From the NCBI RefSeq assembly GCF_036321535.1, contig NC_087437.1:118236001-118300000 (forward strand): 64,000 nucleotides of DNA, written 5' to 3'. Made by a program: the position numbers and the translations under genes. Position 1 is the stretch's first letter. The number at the start of each line of letters is the position of its first letter. This document shows, in pieces, positions 24,549-37,145 of this stretch. A model generated the notes under the pieces. The model was given only the letters and a program-made list of their open reading frames with translations, searched no databases and was not told where the DNA came from. This DNA comes from Camelus dromedarius. Its lineage: Eukaryota.

Positions 24549-25380
24549 GAGTGTAACCATTTTGAATGTTGGGAGATATTGCTTCATGCAAGGTTGCTCC
24601 AATCAACATTTCCATAAGAAGTGGGGAGTAAGGAGACCTGTTCCTGATAACCATGCTAATGCAGTAGAAAATTTCCATTTCCATTTTTGCCCATTTAGTA
24701 GATAAAACAGGGCATGGCATTGTTTCGATTTCTAATTCTTTAACTGTAAGAGGAGCTCAGCCTATTTTCATGTTGTTATTGGACATTCAGGTTGCGTTTA
24801 GGTATTTGCCTGTCCATGTGCTTTGTTCATTTTTCTGTTGGGTATTCATGTTGGTCTTTTTCATTTTAAACATTTTTTAAAAAAGAAGAATATTAGTTCT
24901 TTGTCATATATATGTATTATTACAAATATTTTCCCAGAATTCCATGTGTATATTTATTTTATAGTATTTATTAAAATTATAGGTAGTCCATGAGTGTTAT
25001 GTCAAGAGAGTTTTTCCCTACTACAACATTATTTTTTGACAGAAACATATTTTTCTAGCACTTTTTTGTTCACATTTTAAAGATAAATATTTAATTTATA
25101 ATTCACTTGGGTGTAAGAAGTTAGATACAGATTTAGCCCTATTTTTGCCTAAATAACTACACAGTTGCTCCAATTTTATTCACTGAAGATTCATCTTTCT
25201 GTTGCTGATTCAAGCTGCCTTTATTGTATAATAAATCCTATGTTATGTTGGACCTATTTCTGAACTTCCTTCTATTCCATTTAACTAGTTCTGCACCTAA
25301 GACAGGCTGAATAGTAAGTCCAAATCATCTAATCCCCACTTCACACTTCTTTTATGAAACTTTCCTGCCTTTTCCCAAAA

Positions 25381-25605
25381 GGACTAGACTGGTTAAAACT
25401 CCACCACTTCCATTTCCTGGGTATCTTCCACTTAAGCCTAAGTTATTTACCTCTCTCTTTCTCAGTGTTCTCATGTAAAAAACACTGATATGAACTGAAC
25501 ACGCTACCTAAGATACTTCTGAGGAGTAAATGATTTAAAGCAATTAGAAAGCAGCAAGTACAATAAGCGCTCAAACAGTGTCCACCATTGCATTCATTAT
25601 TATTC
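25381..25605 (+). mobile_element. MIR SINE (degenerate)
   Basis: aagttatttacctctct...ctcagtgttctcatgtaaaa...tacaataagcgctcaa. Confidence 0.6.
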
Positions 25606-25990
25606 ATCTGTCTATGGATTGATGTTGCTCTGTTGTGTGCATTTTAAAAAATAATTTTGAAGCTTTATACTTAGTTTTAGTTCTTCTAGTGGTTATAATT
25701 ATAATTGTATTTAATATTAAAAATGTATTACTTTCTTTAGTGATTTCAAGCAGTATCTCTTAGTTCTTAGTTGTCTGCTATTTCATATTCCTCCTCATCC
25801 GATTTTAATATGTATTATTCTGTATATTTATATTCAATTAAATTATTTCACAAATAAATAATATATATTTAATAACATTTAATCACATTTAAATTATATA
25901 ACTGTAACTCTGCAATTAAAACTCATGACTATTGCTGCTCTATTACTGAGTTATTTTGGATTATACCTTACTTGACTGGATTTTACCATC

Positions 25991-26375
25991 TGTTGTGGAC
26001 TGAACTGTGATCCTTTAAATTCATATGTTGAACTCCTGAATCCCAGGACCTCAGAATGTGACTGTATTTTGAGACAGGTCTTTTAGAAGTAATTAAGGCA
26101 AAATGAGGTCATGTCGGTGGGCCTTAATCTAATATGACTAGTATCCTTATAAGAAGATGAGATTAGGACACTGATGCAGGGGTGACCACGTGAGGACAGG
26201 TGAGATGGTGGCCATCTACAAGTCAAAGAGAGAGGAGAAGAAACCAGAAGAAGAAATCAGAAGAAACCAACTATGCTGACACCTTGATCTTGGGCATCCA
26301 GCCTCCAGAACTGTGAGGAAATAAACCCTCCCAGCCTGTGATACTTCACTATGGCAGCCCGAGCAATCTGATACA
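25991..26375 (+). mobile_element. Complete MaLR solo LTR, MLT1B-like, with 5-bp TSD
   Basis: TG...CA termini (tgttgtggactgaa / gagcaatctgataca) flanked by CCATC at 25986-25990 and 26376-26380. Confidence 0.95.
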
Positions 26376-26419
26376 CCATCAGACTGTTCGTTGTTTGTTT
26401 TGTTTTGTTTCTTCAACAA

Positions 26420-26760
26420 ATAGCTAAGGGTTCTATTTTTTATGACTTCTTGCACAAATGAAATGTCTGCTGCTTTTAAAAATACTGGAGCAACAACCGA
26501 ACTGGGTATAAAATTCTTGAGCTAAATTTTCTTTGCCATAGAACTTGTAAACACTGCTTTAACTGTCTTCTGGCATTAAGTGTTTGTGGGAGATGTCTTA
26601 GAACAACCTGATAGGTCATTTTTGCTTGCTGCTCTTTGGCTGAGATATTTAAGTATTTCTTCTTAATCCTTGAATTTTGGCAAATCCACTCCTGTAATGC
26701 CTCGGGTTTAATTTTTGTATCAATTTTCCCCAGAGCACAGCATGACTTTTTGATCTGCAT
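26420..26760 (-). mobile_element. HAL1/L1 ORF1 remnant
   Basis: Track ORF 26476-26760 contains TLNARRQLKQCLQVLWQRKFSSRILYPVRL, similar to the L1 ORF1p C-terminal ARRQW...PRILYPAKL motif. Confidence 0.75.
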
Positions 26761-26834
26761 CTTTACTACTTAATTCATCACATGTTTACTGAGTACCGAC
26801 TGTGGGTGCACACTGCTCTAGGCTGTGCCATGGA

Positions 26835-27022
26835 AGACTGGGGTGATGCAACTAAAAGATGAAGAACATCTGGGGCTACCAAAAGCCAGGAAAGCCATAT
26901 GGAACAGACCTTTCCCTCACAACCCTTAGAAGGAGCCAATCCTGATGACACTCTTGATCTCAGACTTCTGGCCTCCACAACTGTGAAATGATACATCTCT
27001 GGTGTTTAAGTCACACAGTTGT
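26835..27022 (+). mobile_element. MLT1C/D 3' partial LTR
   Basis: tggaacagacctttccctcac...ttgatctcagacttctggcctccacaactgtga. Confidence 0.8.
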
Positions 27023-28162
27023 GACATCTCCTGAGTGATTTTGGATGGTCTTACATTAGAACACAAAATGACCTAAGTATCTTTGATTACAGCTGCCACT
27101 TGCCATCTACCTCAGGTCTGACTTGGGCCATTCATTGGATGTTTGTGAAATACTGTCTAATTTACCATAGAATCATCCTGGGAAGACTTCCAAATGTCTT
27201 CTGTCATCCTTCTGCATTTCTTATGTAAGAAGTCAGGGGCCTCAGCTTAAATTTGCATCATGCACTATTTATACCAAATGCCAACATTAACCCAATAGAG
27301 TTGTAGAAACAAAGTGGGAGTAGATCAAATTACCAGATTTGCTACCAAATGCCTGTGTGAGTATGGGCAAGTTAGGTATCTTTCCTCTGCCGCCATGTGG
27401 GGTCCTTGGCAGAAAATAGCACCAAAGAACAAAAGATTCTGTTTTATAATCTTTTGGAGGGAGAGCTTCCCTTACTTAGAAAGACTCAGTTCAGAAAATG
27501 TTCCTGAGGTTTGCAAAAACGAAACATGGGCCTCCATCTTCAAATGTTAGTAACACAGGTTGAAACAAAAGAAGCACAGTAGATTTCTTTTTCTCTTTGA
27601 AGAGAGATTAAAGAGCAGAGGGAGGGAAGAAAAGGTGAATGAAGAAAATTTCAAACACATGACTTGAGTTTATAATAATTTGGTTTCCCTGTAAATTTAC
27701 AAAAAGCTCTTCAATACGGAACCACCTTCCCAGAGGTAACCACAAGGAGAGAGTTGACAGCAGTCAATCATTACCAAACATTATGTCCAAAGCAGTTTGG
27801 ACTTGGATGACCAGACGCTGGGAGTTCTGAATGGAACAGCAAGCCAGATAACCTGTTCCCAGAACCTTGTGGCCCTTTAAGAGTTCCATCCAGAGGAAGA
27901 AGTAACAGTCAACAAGTAAAGGGATTATTTCCATGATGCCAAAGAAGAAGCAAGTGGGTTGCCTTACAAAGGAGTTCCAGATGCCCATATTCAGACTATG
28001 ACTTTCACAGAGAAGACTTTTCCCCAAAATGATTGCTCTGAATTTGACAGTGATATGCCAAAGCAACATTGTCTAATGTGCATTCATTTCATCGCTTCTT
28101 TGTAGAAAGAACTCATTTTCCTGTCTTAACACTTCAGCTACTAAAAAGCCAAATATGTGGAG

Positions 28163-28498
28163 TCTTACAGAGTGATTTGTGTCCTCCCAAAAATGTACAT
28201 GCTGAAGTCCTGACGCCCCGCTGCCTTAGAATATAAGTGTATTTGGAGATATGACCTTTAAAGAGGTATTTAAGGTGAGGAAGTCCCTAGGCTGGGCCCT
28301 AATCCAATCTGACGTGTCCTTATAAAAAGAGATTAAGGCACAAGCACATGCAGAAGGAAGACCATGTGACGGCACAGGGAGAAGATGGCCATGTGCAAGC
28401 CAAGGAAAGAGGCCTCAGGAGAAATTAAATCTGCTAATACCATGATCTCAGTCACCTAGACTCCAGAATTGTGAGCAAATAAATAAATGTTGTTTAAG
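28163..28498 (+). mobile_element. MaLR LTR, MLT1B-like (3' tip missing)
   Basis: gtatttggagatatgacctttaaagagg; gggccctaatccaatctgac; aagccaaggaaagaggcctcagg. Confidence 0.88.
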
Positions 28499-30624
28499 AA
28501 TTTATATATACTAAAGGTGCTATTCAATATTGGAATATTTCTGAGTCCACATTTAAGGTGATTCATTTAGTTAAATTCTGCAAAACCAAAATAGGTTGTT
28601 AAACACTTATGTCTCGAATTATTACCAGTATTTTAAAAATAACTCAACAATGGCACGTCCCATGTATTTTTGTATGGTACATCTGGTTGGAAATACAGGT
28701 GGGTCACCTGTCAACGTTCCTGCCGTGCACCTGACTACTGTAGCCATAAAGTCACCTGCCTTCATGAAACATATGTAAAAAGTTCAGACCACAGAGCTCA
28801 TGATCTCAGCCTGTCAGGTAGCTAGCTGGTGGTTCTACTGGGATTGTTTTCTGCCCTCCAGATAAACAGCACAACCAAATTATTGTAAGAAAAGAGAGAG
28901 GAGAAGGAATGAAAATCATCCTTGGAGAAAGCCCAAATCAATAGTAACATTCTAATGAAGGAGTCAGAAATTGCTGAAGCTGTTACATGGCAACATTAAC
29001 TAGTCCCAGTTCTCAATCCAGGGAAGCAATCTACCCAAAGCCTAGTGTTGATTTACTAGAGACTGGTGGTCACTGGCTTTTCCAGTTCTGACCAGGAGCA
29101 GCACATGTAACTGTAGTAATATGTGCAGCAACGTACCTATTTGTCATCACAAAGCTGCACCTATGCACTTGAAAAGCAACAGATGGGATGAGACTGGATT
29201 TTGCATATGCAGTTTTAAACTTCCTACTGGGGGGGGGCGGGGGGAGCAAGTAACAAACCACTGAAAGGCTTCAGTTCTGCCCTTGAAAGCTCATTCTTTG
29301 AAAGAATTTTAAGTGCAAAAGTAATTCTCCAGTGGGAGACAAAGGAAGAACATTCCTGGAGTCATGAGAAACATAAAAATTAAGCGCTAAAACTCTCTCA
29401 AATCACTACACATAAAATTGGAGCAACAAACTGGATATAACCAGTATGATGAAAGTCATGGATAGTATCTTGAACTCAGCACACATAAATCTGCATAAAA
29501 ATGTCCTTCCTTACATCCACTGGCACTAAATGCTTGAAAGCAAATGGCTGTGATGCTTTGAGGATGCCCAATTTGAAGAATTTATTGCTTTCCAAAAGCA
29601 TCTGTTTGAAGGTCATACCCCCAAAGTACCTGATGAAACTGCCTCCCCTTCTTCTCACACACACTTTTAAAATACTGGGAAAGAAAAACTTGAATCTGTA
29701 TATAATTTAACGGGGAGGAGTATTTGGTGAGTTAAGGAAAAAAATTGTTTTAAGGAAGTTTTTTTTAAAACAACTCATATGCCTTATTTTATTAGAGCAT
29801 ATAAAAAACATGCTTCAGATTAATTTATGGGAAAAAGTCAACATTTATTAGAATCACCTTTGCATAAACACATTTATTCTAGGCAAGACCATATTATGGC
29901 ATACTCTATTAATCTGATGCTTTTGGTTACCCACTTAAACATACACCATTAGCTAATAAAGCCTCAATACACAGAAAGATAGTGTCCAAACAAACTGAGT
30001 GATTCTGCACTAAATTTTTTTTGTAAGTAGAGGCCAAGACAATTACAGTAGAAATAAACTTACATTTAGGTCAAAGCAATTTGTTTTGAGCCACAAACAT
30101 CAACTATTTCTGGTGAAGTTCAAAGCTGTAAACAGGAGCTCACACCACACTGATGGAGTCGCCCGCAGGACACAACTTGAGGACCTTCCCACTTGACTCT
30201 GCACTGCCCCAGGAGCTGTGGTAACATACCAGTAATAAAATGCTCTCATGTGGAGATCTGGAGGCGCTATAAGTGAAGAGGTAACTGGGCCCATCCACAT
30301 GCCCTTCCAAGAGCTCCCTATGAAATTACTCACAGAAAATTGCCTGCACTGTCCCACCTGTTCTTGGTGCTCCTGAAGTTGCATAAAATAAAATGCAGGA
30401 ATGGCCTCAGCAGGCCAGCACTCTTATTAGAAGAATATTAGTAAAGACTTAACTGGCAGAAAATAAAAATACTGTCAGTAAATGATATGTAGAAGTAATA
30501 TTTTTGTATGTCACCTAAGTCCTAATATTGTACTTGTCTTTCGGTTACCATAGTCTGGTTTTCCCCAAACCTCTAGAGTGTGACATCTGGTGAGACATCC
30601 AGGAAAAAAAAGGCTTGGGGTCCT

Positions 30625-30785
30625 TTCATCCATTCATTCACTCATTCACTCACTCAGTCATTAGGTATGTATTGATCTGCCTGCGTGACAGCAGGAGAAG
30701 CACTGGGTGTCAGGGACACAACGGTGAGAAAGCTAACATGTCTCTCTCCTCGAGAGCATAGTCTAGAGGGGTGGAGACAGTCATA
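30625..30785 (-). mobile_element. L2 3' end
   Basis: (CATT/CACT)n tail followed by gggacacaacggtgag...agtctagaggggtggagacag. Confidence 0.7.
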
Positions 30786-30974
30786 TCATCAAAACCTCAC
30801 ATAACATAGCGCACTCGGTGTCTGTCCTCTGCACACGTTCCTGTGTGTCTTCCTGTCATCAAGGAGATGATATACTGTTCCTACTGCTGATACAGGATTA
30901 TTTCATCTAAGAAAACCGCCTAGATAAAAATTTCACGAGTAAAGTTACAACATTCACATTCTCTGAGTCCTTGC

Positions 30975-31138
30975 TCCCTATTAGGAGGTCCATGAGCTGG
31001 CAGCATCAGCATCACATGGGAGCTTCTTAGAAACAGAGTCCTGAGCCTACCCTGGACCAAATGAATCAGAATTTGCACTTTAATAAGAGCCCCATGAGAT
31101 CTGTATGCACAGTAAATTTTTTGAGGAGTACTGCTCTA
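30975..31138 (+). mobile_element. MER5A1-like hAT MITE
   Basis: gcagcatcagcatcacatgggagcttcttagaaa...gaatcagaatttgcactttaataag. Confidence 0.85.
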
Positions 31139-31175
31139 AGATGCATTTCTCAAGGTGCATTCCAGGGAACACTGC

Positions 31176-31345
31176 ATATTTACTCCTCAGACACACCTAA
31201 AAATTAGGTATTGTTGTTCTCATTTTTCCTATCGGAAATCTGAAGCTCAGAAAAGCTAAGTGATTTTCTCAAGATAACACAGCTAACAATTTACCAACTG
31301 GGATTAGAACCCAGCCCTGCCTGAAACCAAAGATCAAGAGCTCCA
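31176..31345 (-). mobile_element. MIR SINE
   Basis: ggaaatctgaagctcagaaaagctaagtgattttctcaagataacacagct...gggattagaaccca. Confidence 0.75.
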
Positions 31346-32621
31346 ATGGAAATTTACAGCAGTTTTCTAAACATATTTGATCACTGAACTCCCCCCAACA
31401 TGGACACAGCTTTTTTACTATTTTGTAAAGATCATATAGGACTAGTCTATGAAATGGTTGGCGAAGTCTTTTGTAAAAACATAAAATTTGCCATAGTGTG
31501 TCACACCCATAGTTCAGGAGGAGAAGCCCCCAGTGGTGTGAGGTCAGGGTACCATCAAAAGTGATGTCAATTTTAAATGAGAGGCTTGCATTCCAGCTGT
31601 TCCAGGGTCAGAACAATCGAAGGGTTTCCTTCAGACGTAGGACATTGGTTACACCCTTTCAAGTTATCCTTGTCTACAGTGACATGCCACTGTCATATAT
31701 AGCATAATAATCATATGTAGTCTAGTTCAGACACACAGTGGACTTCAGGACTCTCCTCCCATTGTTGCTCAGCAGCTAGTACAAATGGATCTCCCACATG
31801 CTCATATCATGCTTGGGACTTACACTCTGTACCATTTCTCAGGTAAAGATTCAAGCTCCTTATAATGTCAAAATGCTTGGGTTGTCCTATAGTGTTTAAA
31901 ATTGAATAGAGGTCCATCTTAGTATCCATTCAACCATGGTTTATTCACATGCATTCAGTCTTATTCATCCATCCGAACCTATTTATTGAGCTCCTACAAT
32001 GTGCCGAGAAGCAGTTCAATGTAGCCTGAGGCTCTTCACATTTACAATTATGATCTACTCAACCCCAAATCTCTATACATTCAACAATGGAAGCCATTCA
32101 ACTATCTTCTTATATAACATTATATCCATGGAGAGACCTGGGGAATGGAAGGGTCAGAATTCAAGGTCAAACCTAGATTATACACAGGGAGAAAATTACA
32201 CTACACTAGTCATCTTCTCTACTCCTCCTGCAATTCTATGCTGAGGAGATCAGCATTAATATCATTAACAGCAAAGTTGACGTAGGAAAAGAAGACACAG
32301 AAAAATGGACACACGGCAAGTAAGCAGGAATGAAGACCCTTCCGCTGGCTGACAAAGCTGACCCAGAGTTAAGGATCTGTTTTGCTCTACAGAACTCTGA
32401 CTATCTCTGTGTGTAACACTCAAATTAACACCAGAATCAAAAATGCCTTTCACTTTCCTCACCTCTCTTCCAAGAATTCCTTAAATATTCACAATTAACT
32501 AAATGTGTTTAGTTCTGAAATAAATACCTGCTATTCACTAAGAAAACATTATTACCCAAGTGGATCTTAATTTTTTCTAAATCTGTATCTCTGTGTTCTG
32601 AGTAAAACTAAATGCCTAACA

Positions 32622-34098
32622 TGTATCAGTGGAACAGAAAAGAGAGCCCAGAAATAAACCCACAGATTATAGTCAATTAATCTTTGACAAAGGAGGCAAA
32701 AATACACAATGGAGTAAAGACAGTCTCTTTAGCAAGTGGTGTTGGAAAAACTGGACAGCTGCATGTAAATCAATGAAGTTAGAACACTCTCTCACATTAT
32801 GCACAAAAATAAACTCAAAATGGCTTAAAGACTCAAACATAAGACAAGACACTGTAAACCCTCTTAGATGAAAACATAGGCAAAACATTTTCTGACACAA
32901 ATCTTAGCAATGTTCTCCTAGGGAAGTCTACCCAGGCAATAGAAATAAAAGCAAAAATAAACCAATGGGACCTAATTAAACTTATAAGCTTTTGCACAGC
33001 AAAGGAAACCATAAGCAAAACAAAAAGACAACCTACAGAACTGGAGAAAATATTTGCAAATGATGAGACTGACAAGGGCTTAATTTTCAGAATATATAAA
33101 CAGCTCATACAACTTAATAACAAAAACCAAAGAACTCAACCCAAAAATGGGCAGAAGACTTAAGCAAGTAATTCTCCAATGAAGATATATAAATGGCCAG
33201 AAGAGTTAAGCAAGTAATTCTCCAATGAAGATATATAAATGGCCAATAGGCACATGAAAAAATGTTCAGTATCACTAATTATCAGAGAAATGCAAATCAA
33301 AACTACATGAGGTATCACCTCACACCAGTCAGAATACCCATCATTCAAAAGTCCACAAATGACAAATGCTGGAGACAGTGTGGAGAAAAGGGAACCCTCC
33401 CACACTGTTGGTGGGAATGTAGTTTGGTGCAGCCATTATGGAAAACAGTATGGAGATTCCTCAAAAATAGACTTACCTTATGATCCATCAATCCCATTCC
33501 TGGGCATATATCCAGAGGGAACTCTAATTTGAAAAGATACATGTACCCCAATGTTCATAGCAGCACTATTTACAATAGCCAAGATATGGAAACAACCTAA
33601 ATGTATATTGACAGATGACTGGATAAATAATCTATGGTATATTTATACAATGGAATACTACTCTGCCATAAAAAAATAAAATAATGCCATTTGCAGCGAC
33701 ACAGATGGACCTGGAGATTATCGTTCTAAGTGAAGTAACCCAGAAAGAGAAAGAAAAATACCATATCACTCATACATGGAATCTAAAAAAAAGACACAAA
33801 TGAACTCATTTACAAATCAGAAACAGAATCACAGACATAGAAAACAAACTTATGGTTACCAGGGGAGAAAGGGGATGAGAAGAGATAAATTGGGAGTTCG
33901 AGATTTGCAGATACTAACTACTATATATAAAATAGATAAAACAAGTTTCTTCTATATAGCACAGGGAACTATATTCAGTATCTTGTAGTAACCTATAATG
34001 AAAAAGAATATGAAAATATGTATGTGTGTGTATATGACTGAAACATTATGCTGTACATCAGAAATTGACACATTATAAACTGATTATGTTACAATAAA
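32622..34098 (+). mobile_element. 5'-truncated lineage-specific L1, close relative of the 13460 copy
   Basis: ORF2 motifs ([41 protein letters not shown]); 3' UTR with AATAAA; probable TSD aaatgcctaaca / aaatgtctaaaca. Confidence 0.97.
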
Positions 34099-34942
34099 AA
34101 ATGTCTAAACAGCACATATTCCTTTTTCATCTAGAAGGACAACATTATGAAAATTCAATAGAGACATGACCCTGCTTAGTCTAATTTGGTTTTTTGTTTG
34201 TAAATAAATTTGGTTCCCCTTTGGGTTAAAGTGTAATTTTGATTTATAACACAAAGAACTTTTGTTTTATAGCTTCATGGGAAGAAATACTGTATCTTCA
34301 CAATCCCAGGCCAAAATGGAAGCTTGACCCATATAAATCCATTCTTTCTGGTTCATTTTGAGTTGGCATCACTGGTTCTTATCTCCAACTTCCCTGCCCT
34401 AAAGGTAGTAACATCAAGTAACTTCTAGCAGTAGCTATTTTTAATCACTTTCTCCAAACTCTAGGGTCCTCTAAATTGAGCAATTTGGGCACACAATATC
34501 TGTAACTCCTCAGAGAATATCATATGTGTATTTTCCTTTAACATCAGAATTCCTTTACCATAAAAACATATGGAAGGGATTCTATGATTTAAATCTAAAG
34601 CCACACTCCAACTTTTAATTTAAACCAGATTACTAGGAGGGAATGCACTAATCAATCAAAAGATTAACTTAGCAATGTAACTTTTCTACACTTTTTTATG
34701 GTGTAATGTAACCATTTAATATTTAACCATTAGAAGAATTGTTTTCTACTTAGTGATCAGAATCAAAGTCTAGAATTTTTATTAGAAAAATATTCTTATT
34801 GCAATGTCATTGTTTCATACATGGTTGGTACTCATGAAAGTTGAAACAGTACTAAGATATTACTGAGGACCTGAGAAAAGTTATTTTACTATAAATGCTT
34901 CATCTTGTCCTTTGGAGTAATTAGAGAATATTACACACTCAC

Positions 34943-34984
34943 CTGTTGGAAGGCTATTGGTAGAACAGATTGGTTTCATGCTAC
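34943..34984 (-). other. Candidate 42-nt exon (phase 1-1 reading GSMKPICSTNSLPT)
   Basis: Good acceptor tttcactgtgtctttttaAG and consensus donor CAG|GTGAGT; the other two frames contain stops. Confidence 0.3.
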
Positions 34985-36711
34985 CTTAAAAAGACACAGT
35001 GAAACCAGAGAAGCACTGAGGTGATCAAGAAGGTGAAGAAAGATAACTGACTGCTGGAGAAGACAACTGAGATAAAAATGAACCACACTTTAGAGGATCA
35101 CGCAAATCTTAATCCTTTGGCTCCAAAGAAACAGTGACAGAAATGGGGTGGTTGTCTGAGTTGGACAATAAATTCAGGCTTAACACCTGCTCTAGAACCT
35201 AAGCATGCTAGTTGTGACAAGGACAATATTTAAGCAGCTGTGCACCTTTGTCAATAATTGGGGCAAAATTCCATGATATAACAGCTGCTTCTTATGTCCT
35301 GATAAGCTGCCTAGGTAATTAAAATGCCACACGTGATGCAGAAGAGCAGACTGATTTTTCTGCTCTACTTCTTAAAGTCAGATGTTCACTCCCAGCCTCA
35401 GTGAGGGGAGCTGACTGAGCAGGCACTATCTACGTGGCTCTGATCAGCATCTCAGCCAGTTGAGCACACGTAGGTCTTGTTCGAACTTCCCAACTAAGGT
35501 TGAGACTTTGCTTTGAGAGCTCGGTACAGGAATGGATAATTCATGTTCCTTCCCAATATTAAAGGTTCACAAGCCACTACCCAGAACTCAAAGGAGCCTC
35601 AAATCTTTCAGTTAAGAGCTCCCCCAGGATGTAAATGTTATCTTTTATCAAGGTGGATCTCCTCATTGACCCTGATTAAAGTCCAATTTATCTTACACAT
35701 CATGGAACCCATACTGGTCCTGATGACTTATTTGCTCTCTACAACAGAATTAACTTCAGAATTCATCACCCTTCTATGTGCTTGAAATTTAAAGAATACT
35801 ATATGCAGTAAGTTTGTGTAAATGGTTTCTATTGAGGCTGTCTGATGCTCAGAGACCTATCATCCTGGTATATGGAATCACATGAATTTGTTAACTCTTG
35901 GAGAGAATAATCGTGTGTGTGTGTGTTTGAATACATGTGCACATGTGAGTATGCTGCCTCTGGAGCAATTAAACACTAAAGATGCCTGGGTTTATGATAG
36001 GATAGAACATAACATAACTTAAATAACAATTTATAAAAATTTATAGGAATCATACAGCAAGTAGAAAGTGTTCTATTCGTATTTAATGTTTGCTCATAAT
36101 GCACGCTTTATGCTTCATGCAATGGGGAAGTGACCGCCTGATGGAAGGAAAGGCCTTTACATAGACAGATGGGGGGAGGGCTGTGTTTATATCTCTCTTC
36201 CAAGAGGCTCTAATAAACTGAAGAGAACAGATAACCTGCAATACTCTGACAACACTCTCTTAAGCAGTCACAGCGTCAGGAGTTGTTTGTATAATAAACA
36301 GAATAATGAAACATCAAAATATGTCATTTTTGTTCTTAGAGTCAGGACACAGTGAAATGATTTCTTGTCCTGTTCCTAAGAGGCTACATAATCATCTGAG
36401 CTATAACTAAATGCACTACTCTTCACTGTCTTAATCCCAACCCCGGGCACCGGGGCCACGAAGCACAGAACTGCAGGCATGTCCCCCCACTCTCTGGACA
36501 TGAATTGACCTGACCCTCGACTGTGCTCCCCAGGTCTGTCCTGTCACTCTACCCCTCACAGGGCTCAACTAAGGGAACAAAACAACGCCTCCCTCAAGAA
36601 CACAAGTCAGAAAGGGAAGATAAGGACTCACTCCATTTGAGGCCTTTTTGATTTTCTTTAGATTTATAGAGGATTCTTATTTAATGGTTGTTAGGTACGG
36701 AGATGAGCCTG

Positions 36712-37145
36712 TGTTGTGGGCTGGATTATGTCTCCTCGAAATTCCTATGTGGAAGTCTTAACTCTCGGCACCTCAGAATGTGACCCTGTTTGGAAATAGA
36801 ATTTAGTTAAGATGAGGTCAGAATGGAGTAGGGTGGCCCCTAATCCAATATGATTGGTGTTCTTATAAAAAGTGGACATTTGGAAATGGAAACAGGCAAA
36901 AAGGAAGTATGCCATGTAAAGATGAAGGCAGAGATCTGTAAGCCCAGGGTCACTAAAATTGCCAGCTAACCACCAGAAGCTCAGGGACAGCCTGGGACAG
37001 GGTCCCCTTCACAGCCTCAGAAGGAACCAGCCTTGCCAACACCTTGATCTCAGACTTCCAGCCTCCAGACTGTGAGAGAATGAACATCTGTGGTTTAAGC
37101 TCCTGGTCTGTGGCTCTCTGCTGTGGCCACCCTAGGAAACAGCCC
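36712..37145 (+). mobile_element. MaLR solo LTR, MLT1C-like
   Basis: tgttgtgggctggattatgtctcc; cacagcctcagaaggaaccagccttgccaacaccttgatctcagacttccagcctccagactgtgag. Confidence 0.92.

Larger units (their letters stand above)
22570..25375 (-). mobile_element. Highly decayed L1ME-type element (about 22570-22998 and 24564-25375) hosting the younger L1
   Basis: T-rich with recognisable antisense L1 motifs (ggtatttgcctgtccatgtgctttgttcatttttctgttggg; tacaaatattttcccag). Confidence 0.55.
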
